A stretch of 64,000 bases of DNA. It comes from Syntrophobacterales bacterium Delta_02 (lineage in GTDB: Bacteria; Desulfobacterota; Syntrophorhabdia; Syntrophorhabdales; Syntrophorhabdaceae). Positions 38,834-45,962 of this stretch are shown in pieces (position 1 is the first letter of the stretch; each line of letters begins with the position of its first letter). Where the stretch lies: assembly GCA_001603955.1 (NCBI GenBank), contig LVAA01000062.1, positions 8 to 64,007 on the forward strand, read 5' to 3'. Made by a program: the position numbers and the translations under genes. Below the pieces are notes generated by a model. That model made no database searches, was not told where the DNA came from, and saw only the letters and a list, made by a program, of their open reading frames with translations.

Positions 38834-40141
38834 TCAATCCCGCAGGGTGAAGAAAAGCCAATCCGCCTTGCCCTGGTAAGGGATAACGATGGAGGGCACG
38901 AATCCGTTCGCCTCGATGACGGGATAGAGCCGCGCGTGCCAGCCGTGACCGAGATCGATCCGGAAAAGGATATTGGCTATCCCTTCGGCTCGGAGGACAT
39001 CGATGTGCCTCGCCAGGTTCTCCCGGGCATCGGCGCCATCCCACAGGGGTGAAAGGACCACGAGGTTCTGGCTGTGCTGGAACCTCGCACCGAAGACGGA
39101 GTGAGGGTTGCGCCTCTCCCCTTCATGCCGGACGGGGACGATCTCCCGGGCAAGGAAGTGCCTTGTATACCAGGTCTTGAGGAACTCCTCCATGCCGGCG
39201 TGGGCATAGACCCTGCACCCCGGGTCTTCCTTAAGCTCGCGGAAGAGAAAATCCCAGGGCCTTCTCTCTCCCTTGAGAATGAAATCGATGGTCCCCAGTT
39301 TTTCAAAGTAACCCGGGGGGAGCTCCGCCGTGGGATACCGGTTCATCAGACAGATCGCCTCCGACCTGGCAACAGTCGAGACAAGCGCCGTGACGAGACC
39401 TTCCCCCACGTCCCGCCTTCCCTCTTCGACGAAGACGTACGGACCGTAGCACTCGATCGTCGAAGCCCCCGAACTGCGCCATGTCATGCCTCCCGCGATC
39501 CTCCCTTTCTTGTCCGTTGCGGTCAGCACCCCGTATTCCCCGCTCGCAACCATGTCGACGACCTTGCCCGGATAGCGGAGATCCTCGGGGTAGACGAACG
39601 GGTCATACCGGTGCGCCAGGGAACGGACGAACATCTTGAGGTCCTCCGCATCCGGGCGGCCGTAGGACAGACCTTCCCGGTCAGGTACTTCTTCACCTTT
39701 CCACGGCTCCGCTTCGGGATAGGTCTTCTCCTTTATCAGGTCTATCCCCGTCCCCATGAGGGCGTTGTGGAATATCGACATCCTGTCCACGGAACGCGAC
39801 GCGATGAGAAGACCCATCTCATCGAACCCCTCCTCATCGGGTGAGACATTCGCCGTTAGATTGAACGCACGGGGGTCGAAGTCGATGTTGTCGAAGGCGA
39901 ACCGCAGGAGGGCATAGTAGAAGCCGTTCTCCATCGTGAGGGTGACCGGTCTCACTTCGCCGGTCATCCTGCACAGATAGGCGAACATCTCCTCGGAGGC
40001 CAGGGTCAGTTTCAAGGCGTCCCTGTCCTCCAGGCCGAATATCCGGGATGACGATTCGGCAAAGGAAAGAACGAGGGGAAGGAACTTCATGTCCGTTGTT
40101 ACAGATAGAACGATGTCTGCTTTCCGGTCCTGCATTGCCAC
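38834..40141 (-). CDS. Hypothetical multi-domain protein (possible GNAT-like folds, family not recognised)
   Basis: 435-aa ORF with coding-like composition. First gene of the aminotransferase / Mo-hydroxylase operon, with a 10-nt gap to the next gene. Confidence 0.5.
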   Translation of the reverse strand: MAMQDRKADIVLSVTTDMKFLPLVLSFAESSSRIFGLEDRDALKLTLASEEMFAYLCRMTGEVRPVTLTMENGFYYALLRFAFDNIDFDPRAFNLTANVSPDEEGFDEMGLLIASRSVDRMSIFHNALMGTGIDLIKEKTYPEAEPWKGEEVPDREGLSYGRPDAEDLKMFVRSLAHRYDPFVYPEDLRYPGKVVDMVASGEYGVLTATDKKGRIAGGMTWRSSGASTIECYGPYVFVEEGRRDVGEGLVTALVSTVARSEAICLMNRYPTAELPPGYFEKLGTIDFILKGERRPWDFLFRELKEDPGCRVYAHAGMEEFLKTWYTRHFLAREIVPVRHEGERRNPHSVFGARFQHSQNLVVLSPLWDGADARENLARHIDVLRAEGIANILFRIDLGHGWHARLYPVIEANGFVPSIVIPYQGKADWLFFTLRD

Positions 40142-40309
40142 CCCCAGCGGCGTTATCTATGGCTTACCCTGCGACGGCCTTATGGTATATATCAGGAATA
40201 CATCGTTCCTGCAACCTCTTGTTCACCAGTTGCGCACAACGGCGTGCGAGACGTGTCCTTCAATGACAATGTCGTCCTTACGTTTCCCTTTTACCCCGAT
40301 TCTGCTACA

Positions 40310-42241
40310 ATGTGGCCCATGGCCACACCCCTTCTCCCCATGACACAGGCCGAGGTAAAGGACCGCGGGTGGGACGGCCTCGACGTCGTCCTCGTGACCG
40401 GCGACGCCTACGTGGACCATCCTTCCTACGGCACCGCCGTCATCGGGCGCGTCCTCGAGGCGGCGGGCTTTCGCGTCGGCGTCATCGCTCAGCCGGACTT
40501 CAGGACCACGCGCGATCTCAGCCGCTTCGGAAGGCCCCGGCTTTTCTTCGGCATAACCGCCGGCAACGTGGATTCCATGGTCGCCAACTATACCGCGCAC
40601 AAACGCCCGCGGCTAAGCGATGATTACTCTCCCGGAGGAAAACCCGGGCTGCGTCCCGACCACGCCGCCATCGTCTACGCCAACAGGGCCCGCGAGGCTT
40701 TCAGGGACGTCCCCATCGTGCTCGGCGGCATCGAGGCAAGCCTCCGCCGGTTCGCCCACTACGACTGGTGGAAGAACGAGGTCCGGCGTTCCATCCTTCT
40801 CGACAGCAGGGCGGACATCCTCGTGTACGGCATGGGGGAGGCACAGGTGGTAGAGATAGCCCGGAGGCTCGCGGCGGGTGAGAACCTTCACGGGATCAGG
40901 GGAACAGCGGTGGTGACGGCCGCAGGCCGCACCACCTCGCAGGTCCCATGCCACACGTCGCAAGGGACAGCACAAGGGCAAAAGACTGAATTCTCCCCAA
41001 ATGCCGTCTCGGCAATATCTGCATTCCGAAACGGGAAAGGGGAAACGGGAAACCTGAAACGTGTGACCTGCGACCTGGGACTTGTAGTTGAGATCCCTTC
41101 GTATGAGGAGGTAAGGGGGGATATCGACAAGTTCAATGAGGCATTCCGGATCGTTGTGGAGAACCAGGATCCCTTTACGGGAAAAACACTGGCGCAGGGG
41201 CATGCCAACCGCTTCGTCATCCAGTATCCCCCTGCCCTGCCGCCGGACACGAAAGACCTCGATGCCGTTTACGAGCTTCCCTATGCTCGCCGCTGCCATC
41301 CGTCGTATGACAGGGCGGGGGGCGTGCCCGGTTTCGAAACGGTACGCTTCTCCATTATTTCCCACCGGGGTTGTCCCGGCGAGTGCTCGTTCTGCGGCCT
41401 CTCTCTCCACCAGGGGAGGATTGTCTCGTCGCGAAGCGAATCGTCGGTACTGAAGGAGGCCGGGACACTTGCGAGGAGAAGGGATTTCCGCGGCACCATC
41501 ACCGACGTGGGCGGTCCTACCGCCAACCTCTACGGGGCTGTCTGCGGAAGGTGGCAGGGAAAAGGGGCCTGCGGCACCCGTCACTGCCTCACGCCTTCGC
41601 CGTGCAGGAACCTCAAGCCCGGTTACGAAAAGGGCCTTTCCCTTTATGGAAAGCTGCGCGCGCTGCCGGGCGTCAAACACGTCTTCATCGAGAGCGGCTT
41701 CCGCCACGACCTTCTTGTCGACCCGAAGGCCCGCGGCTATCTCGAAAGGATCTGCAGGGACCATCTGAGCGGGCGCATGAAGGTTGCCCCTGAACATTCT
41801 TCCGACAGGGTCCTCGATATCATGAACAAACCCTCCTTTTCGGTATACGAGCAATTCTCAGCCCTCTACCACTCGATATGCAGAAAGCTGGGGAAGGACC
41901 AGCACCTCGTCAGCTATTTCATCAGCGCCCACCCCGGCTGCACACTGGAGGATTCTCTTTCCCTCGCCCTGAGACTTGGCGAACTGGGTATCCACCCCGA
42001 ACAGATACAGGATTTCATGCCCCTGCCAATGACCCTTTCCGGCACCATATATCACACAGAGAAAGACCCTTTCACCGGAAAACACGTGTATGTCCCCAAG
42101 ACCTTCCGGGAGAGAAAGATGCACCGCGCCCTCATCCAGTACAAGAACCCGAAGAACACCCCGCTGGTCAGGGAGGCGCTGAAACTCCTCAAGAAGGAGT
42201 ACCTGCTGCCGAGGCTGATGCCGGGGAGAAAGACGGTTTAA
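40310..42241 (+). CDS. ygiQ: YgiQ-family (UPF0313) radical SAM protein
   Basis: ORF 40244..42241. The start at 40310 or 40319 aligns with family N-termini ([34 protein letters not shown]). Radical SAM motif [12 protein letters not shown]. Confidence 0.85.
   Translation: MWPMATPLLPMTQAEVKDRGWDGLDVVLVTGDAYVDHPSYGTAVIGRVLEAAGFRVGVIAQPDFRTTRDLSRFGRPRLFFGITAGNVDSMVANYTAHKRPRLSDDYSPGGKPGLRPDHAAIVYANRAREAFRDVPIVLGGIEASLRRFAHYDWWKNEVRRSILLDSRADILVYGMGEAQVVEIARRLAAGENLHGIRGTAVVTAAGRTTSQVPCHTSQGTAQGQKTEFSPNAVSAISAFRNGKGETGNLKRVTCDLGLVVEIPSYEEVRGDIDKFNEAFRIVVENQDPFTGKTLAQGHANRFVIQYPPALPPDTKDLDAVYELPYARRCHPSYDRAGGVPGFETVRFSIISHRGCPGECSFCGLSLHQGRIVSSRSESSVLKEAGTLARRRDFRGTITDVGGPTANLYGAVCGRWQGKGACGTRHCLTPSPCRNLKPGYEKGLSLYGKLRALPGVKHVFIESGFRHDLLVDPKARGYLERICRDHLSGRMKVAPEHSSDRVLDIMNKPSFSVYEQFSALYHSICRKLGKDQHLVSYFISAHPGCTLEDSLSLALRLGELGIHPEQIQDFMPLPMTLSGTIYHTEKDPFTGKHVYVPKTFRERKMHRALIQYKNPKNTPLVREALKLLKKEYLLPRLMPGRKTV
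40937..41083. repeat. Intragenic heptad-repeat segment inside ygiQ (look-alike of the intergenic composite elements)
   Basis: 8 consecutive heptads GAAACGG GAAAGGG GAAACGG GAAACCT GAAACGT GTGACCT GCGACCT GGGACTT (41028-41083). ACGTGTGACCTGCGA (41059-41073) is complementary to TCGCAGGTC...CACACGT (40937-40958). AAAAGACT at 40980-40987. Confidence 0.5.
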
Positions 42242-42399
42242 ACCGCTTGAACCGCTTGAACCGCTTGAACCGCTTGAACGTTAAGAACGAAAGACGGGAG
42301 CGAACGAGTACGGTCTGACTCCGGGTTGTCATGCGTGGGACGGACCCTGTCCGCTCCTTCATTTCCAGTTTCTAACGTTCAAGCGGTTCAAGCCGTCTT
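42230..42399. repeat. Composite hairpin element, 9-mer class, with (AACCGCTTG)x4
   Basis: Perfect 4x 9-mer at 42241-42276. Inverted partner AACGTTCAAGCGGTTCAAGCC at about 42374-42394. Termini AAGACGG (42230-42236) and CCGTCTT (42393-42399). The ygiQ stop TAA lies at 42239-42241. Confidence 0.8.
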
Positions 42400-42478
42400 T
42401 CCCCGGTCTTTGTTTGCCTTACCCCCTGTTTCGTTGTATGATACCACGAATATCAGGTCAACAAGGGGGTCGTAGGAA

Positions 42479-43165
42479 TTGGTGACGGGGAATATTGTCT
42501 GGCACAGGTTCGTTTGTCTTGCGGGGATCCTTCTTATCGCGGTTGCCTTGCTCCCTCCCTCCTCCGCCGAGGCGGCGCGGCGCAGGTCGCTTCATGCCGG
42601 AAAGGACGTTAGGGGGATCACATTCGAGGAATTCTGGGCCAAGGCCCGCGAGGAAGGGATGAAGTGGGCAGGCAGGCGGCTAAGGGTGCGAAGGATCGTA
42701 TCTGTGGCCGTGGTGGGTTTTGATGGACGCAACGGACGCTCGCCTGTCTGGGAGGCACAACTGGTGCGTTGCGACAGGACCCAGTCGCCTGACGATGAAG
42801 AGGTCATCTCAAGGATATGCAGGGGAAAGACGATCACGGTCCGCATGGTGGAGGCAGGAGTGGAAAGGGCCGACCCCGGGGTACACGTATCAAAGGAGAG
42901 GCCTTTCCGGGGCGCTTCCATCCCCGAGGAGAGGATCGTCATCAGTCCCCAGCGTGCTGAGGAAACGGCCAACAAGTACAAGCAATACAACCCTGCCGAG
43001 GTCGACAGTTACAGCTATGAACTCAGGTATGACCACAGGAATGACAGGCCCCTCTGGGTCATCAAGAGAACCTGCGGCTACAGGGGCAAATCGGAAGGCC
43101 GCTGTCAGCCGGGCGACCACTGGATAGTCAAGGTCGACGCGGAATCGGGAGAGATCGCAAAGTGA
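42479..43165 (+). CDS. Hypothetical secreted protein
   Basis: 228 aa with a TTG/GTG start after an AAGGGGG SD. Signal-peptide-like FVCLAGILLIAVALLPPSSAEA. Confidence 0.5.
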   Translation: MVTGNIVWHRFVCLAGILLIAVALLPPSSAEAARRRSLHAGKDVRGITFEEFWAKAREEGMKWAGRRLRVRRIVSVAVVGFDGRNGRSPVWEAQLVRCDRTQSPDDEEVISRICRGKTITVRMVEAGVERADPGVHVSKERPFRGASIPEERIVISPQRAEETANKYKQYNPAEVDSYSYELRYDHRNDRPLWVIKRTCGYRGKSEGRCQPGDHWIVKVDAESGEIAK

Positions 43166-43306
43166 AAGACCGCTTGAGCCGCTTGAATAGCTTGAGCCGC
43201 TTGACGGCTTGCTGACAAAGTGGACTTATGCGTCATTCCGGCGAAGGCCGGAATGACGACAAAACAAAGAAAGACCGAACCGAGAAGCGGTTTTATCAAC
43301 GGTCTG
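43166..43306. repeat. Composite hairpin element, 9-mer class, with a nested REP-like palindrome
   Basis: Starts right after the stop TGA (43163-43165): AAGACCG CTTGAGCCG CTTGAATAG CTTGAGCCG CTTGAC. The right part is GAGAAGCGGTTTTATCAACGGTCT. The core holds a 12-bp perfect stem at 43231-43258. Confidence 0.7.
43231..43258. repeat. REP-like palindrome of the widespread IPAFAGMT-type class
   Basis: CGTCATTCCGGC-GAAG-GCCGGAATGACG. The minus-strand translation reads VIPAFAGMT. Confidence 0.7.
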
Positions 43307-43329
43307 TTGAAGGTGAACGAGGACAATAC

Positions 43330-43821
43330 ATGAAAATACTGCTGTCACCGATCACGAAGGATGATGCCCGGCAGATCATGGAGATCTTCAACTATTACAT
43401 TGAGAACACCTTTGCGGCCTATCCGGAGCATCCCCTTCCCGATGATTTCTTCGAGATGCTTCTCATCATGAGCAGCGGGTATCCGACGGTTGTCGCCAGG
43501 ACAGAGGACGGGATGGTGACCGGGTTCGGCCTGCTTCGGCCTTACAATCCCCTCCCCGCCTTTTTCAAGACCGCCGAGATCACCTATTTTCTCAAACCCG
43601 GTTTCACGGGCCAGGGCATCGGCAAGGCGATACTCGACTATCTCCTCGATATGGCAAAGGAGAAAGGGATCAACGCGGTCCTCGCGAACGTGTCGTCCCT
43701 CAACGAGGAAAGCATCGCCTTCCACCTGAAGAACGGCTTCTCCGAATGCGGCCGCTTCAGGGAGGTAGGCCAAAAAAAGGGACACGTCTTCGACGTGATC
43801 TACTTCCAAAAACTGCTCTAA
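43330..43821 (+). CDS. GNAT-family N-acetyltransferase
   Basis: ORF 43228..43821. The upstream extension crosses a repeat, so the start is taken at 43330 (MKILLSPITKDDARQIMEIFNYYIENT). GNAT motif A-like FTGQGIGKAILDYLL. Confidence 0.85.
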   Translation: MKILLSPITKDDARQIMEIFNYYIENTFAAYPEHPLPDDFFEMLLIMSSGYPTVVARTEDGMVTGFGLLRPYNPLPAFFKTAEITYFLKPGFTGQGIGKAILDYLLDMAKEKGINAVLANVSSLNEESIAFHLKNGFSECGRFREVGQKKGHVFDVIYFQKLL

Positions 43822-43979
43822 AAGACGGTTCCAAGTCTCAGGTCTCAGGTTTCAAGGAAAAGATAAAAACTGTCCTGGTCAGTCCCTCTTCGGTTTTTGA
43901 CTCGAAACGCGCAACCCGGAACCTTTACAGCAACTGTCTTTTGCCTGAAACCTGGAACTTGAAACCTGAAACCGTCTTC
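43822..43979. repeat. Composite hairpin element, GGTTTCA heptad class (type specimen)
   Basis: 9-bp terminal inverted repeats AAGACGGTT (43822-43830) and AACCGTCTT (43970-43978). Left arm GGTTCCA AGTCTCA GGTCTCA GGTTTCA. Right arm CCTGAAA CCTGGAA CTTGAAA CCTGAAA. Fills the gap between the convergent stops at 43821 and 43982. Confidence 0.85.
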
Positions 43980-43981
43980 AA

Positions 43982-45538
43982 CTATCTTTTGATCATCATC
44001 TCGATCAGGTGTGGGCCCGGCTCTTTCATGGCCCGTTTCATTTCCCGGGCCAGCGCCCTGGCGTCTTCGACGCGGGTCGCGCTGACGCCGAGGCCCCGGG
44101 AGAGATCGACCCAATCTATGGGGGGACTGTCGATATCGACGAGAGCACGGGCCGCCTTGCCGGGATCCGTCAGGCCTGCCCGCTCCAGTTCCATGGCGAT
44201 GATGCGGTATCCGCCGTTGTTGCACAGGAGCGTAGTGACGTTCAGGTCTTCGCGCGCCATCGTCCAGAGGGCCTGAACGGTGTACATGGCACTGCCGTCC
44301 GCCTGGATGTTGATGACGGTCCGCCCGGGCGCGGCAAGAGCGGCGCCCACGGCACAGGGCATCCCGTAGCCGATGGCCCCTCCCGCGATGGTCATGAAAC
44401 CGTGAGGGGCACATCCATGGGAAAGGGGATAGTAGGGGAAAGATGTCGTCAAACCCTCGTCGACGACGATCCCTTCCTCGGGCTGCAGGGCCGCTATGAC
44501 CGCCGAGACCGTCTCCGGCGTGAGGGGACCTGTCGGAAGGGAAGACCTTTTCGCGTACGTGCCGCACCCCTTCGCCACCGCCGCCTTCCCCGGCCTGCCG
44601 ACACAGTCCGCAAGGGCCTCGAGCGCCTCGCTCACGTCCTGACCGGAATGGTCTATGGCAATCTTCGCGGCCCCGTCAGGGATAACACTACCGGGGACGC
44701 CCTCGTAACCGAAAAAAGTGACGGGGTCCCAGGCACCCGCCAGGACAACCACATCGTACCGCGCCATAAGCTCCATCGCCGACTCCGGAAAGTAGGGGAT
44801 CCTCGTCACTGCCGGCAGTGATCCGCCGCGGTCCACGTACCCGGGAAAGCTGTTGGCCAGAAGGTCACACCCCGTTGCCGCGCGGATGCGCGCCGCCGTC
44901 AGCAGTCCCTTTATGCGCAACGCCCTCCCCCCGAGGACCATCGCCGTTCTTCTGCCCGTCCTCAGAACCCTTGCCGCCCGGTCCACAGCCTCGAGATCGA
45001 CGGGCTCGAAGGAGGGAGAGGCCATGATAACGGGAATATCGGCGCAGTCGGCCCACTGATGGTCATTGGGGATTATGAGGCTCGCCACCTGACCCCGGGC
45101 ACCCGCCGCTATGACCGCCGCCATATCCCGCGAGAGGCTTCTGTGGCTCCTGCAAGTCCTCTTCCATCCTGAAACGGTCCCCGCCAGCGCCGCTATGTCC
45201 ATGTTAAGGGGAGGGTCCGCGTGGCGATGCCATGATGCGTGCTCACCGATAACGTTGACGACGGGCGACATCGCGCGCCGCGCGTTGTGAAGACAGGCTA
45301 TCCCGTTCGCAAAACCGGGACCAAGGTGGAGAAGGGCCATCGCCGGCCTGTCGAGGACCCTTCCAAAACCATCGGCCGCACCCGTGCAAACCCCTTCGAA
45401 GAGGCCGAGCACGCACCTTATGCCCGGCTCCTTATCAAGGGCCGCAACGAGCGGTATCTCCGTCGTCCCCGCGTTGGCAAAACAGATATCGACACCATTC
45501 AGGACAGCCGTCCTCAAGGCCAGTTCCGCGCCGTTCAT
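43982..45538 (-). CDS. Thiamine-pyrophosphate enzyme, acetolactate-synthase-large-subunit-like
   Basis: ORF 43982..45757. The N-terminal 73 codons run through repeats, so the start is taken at 45538 (MNGAELALRTAVLNGVDICFANAGTTEIP). TPP motif GGAIGYGMPCAVGAALA. Confidence 0.85.
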   Translation of the reverse strand: MNGAELALRTAVLNGVDICFANAGTTEIPLVAALDKEPGIRCVLGLFEGVCTGAADGFGRVLDRPAMALLHLGPGFANGIACLHNARRAMSPVVNVIGEHASWHRHADPPLNMDIAALAGTVSGWKRTCRSHRSLSRDMAAVIAAGARGQVASLIIPNDHQWADCADIPVIMASPSFEPVDLEAVDRAARVLRTGRRTAMVLGGRALRIKGLLTAARIRAATGCDLLANSFPGYVDRGGSLPAVTRIPYFPESAMELMARYDVVVLAGAWDPVTFFGYEGVPGSVIPDGAAKIAIDHSGQDVSEALEALADCVGRPGKAAVAKGCGTYAKRSSLPTGPLTPETVSAVIAALQPEEGIVVDEGLTTSFPYYPLSHGCAPHGFMTIAGGAIGYGMPCAVGAALAAPGRTVINIQADGSAMYTVQALWTMAREDLNVTTLLCNNGGYRIIAMELERAGLTDPGKAARALVDIDSPPIDWVDLSRGLGVSATRVEDARALAREMKRAMKEPGPHLIEMMIKR

Positions 45539-45548
45539 GAAAACTCCT

Positions 45549-45620
45549 GGTGATGGGTCATGGGTGATGGGAAAGACTCGAAGGCCATACCTATTACCCA
45601 TGACCCATGACCTATAACCC
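45549..45620. repeat. Composite hairpin element, GGTGATG/CCCATGA heptad class (copy 1)
   Basis: Left arm GGTGATG GGTCATG GGTGATG GG. Short core GAAAGACTCGAAGGCCATA. Right arm CCTATTA CCCATGA CCCATGA CCTATAA CCC. Lies 11 nt upstream of the ATG at 45538. Confidence 0.8.
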
Positions 45621-45637
45621 GTTCTATGTTTTTTTTC

Positions 45638-45667
45638 AGTATATATGGAACCGCTAGGTTCTGACAA
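45638..45667 (-). promoter_or_regulatory. Candidate sigma70 promoter for the TPP-enzyme gene
   Basis: The minus strand reads TTGTCA (45662-45667), 18-nt spacer, TATACT (45638-45643). This would place element 45549-45620 in the 5' UTR. Confidence 0.3.
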
Positions 45668-45682
45668 GGTATATTGAGAATC

Positions 45683-45770
45683 AGGTGAGGCGGGTGATAG
45701 GCTATGGGAAGAAATGCGGGTTGGAACCGTTGGAACCGTTACACCGTTCTTCCCCATGACCCATGACCCG
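45683..45770. repeat. Composite hairpin element, GGTGATG/CCCATGA class (copy 2, degenerate left arm)
   Basis: Left AGGTGAGGCGGGTGATAGGCTATGGG. The core contains tandem GGAACCGTT x2 (about 45723-45740). Right CCCATGA CCCATGA CCCG. Confidence 0.6.
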
Positions 45771-45863
45771 ATTTGCCCCTGGCACCTATTTTTGTCCCGT
45801 CCGTACCGGTCATCTTGTTATCCCCGGCCAAACAACTTATAATAGAGTTGATTTGAGAAGAAA

Positions 45864-45945
45864 GGTAATAGGTAATAGGTGACGGGCGGCCGACCATGAC
45901 CCTGCGGTTCTTTTTCCCATCACCCATGACCCATTACCCGTAACC
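45864..45945. repeat. Composite hairpin element, GGTAATA/CCCATTA class (copy 3)
   Basis: Left GGTAATA GGTAATA GGTGACG GG. Right CCCATCA CCCATGA CCCATTA CCCGTAA CC. Ends 18 nt before the ATG at 45963. Confidence 0.8.
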
Positions 45946-45962
45946 TGTTTCATCGAGGTTCC

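Noticed and set aside
45539-45757. 73-codon N-terminal extension of the TPP-enzyme ORF, and similar extensions of the GNAT (43228), PEBP (32894), methyltransferase (47740) and 48918..49553 ORFs
   Set aside because: The extensions run through repeat elements or the preceding gene. Family alignments and SD positions support the internal starts.
45780-45795. Sigma-54-like motif TGGCAC-N5-TTTGT upstream of the histidine kinase
   Set aside because: The -12 element lacks the conserved GC (TTTG instead of TTGC), and no enhancer-binding-protein site is evident. Too weak to call.
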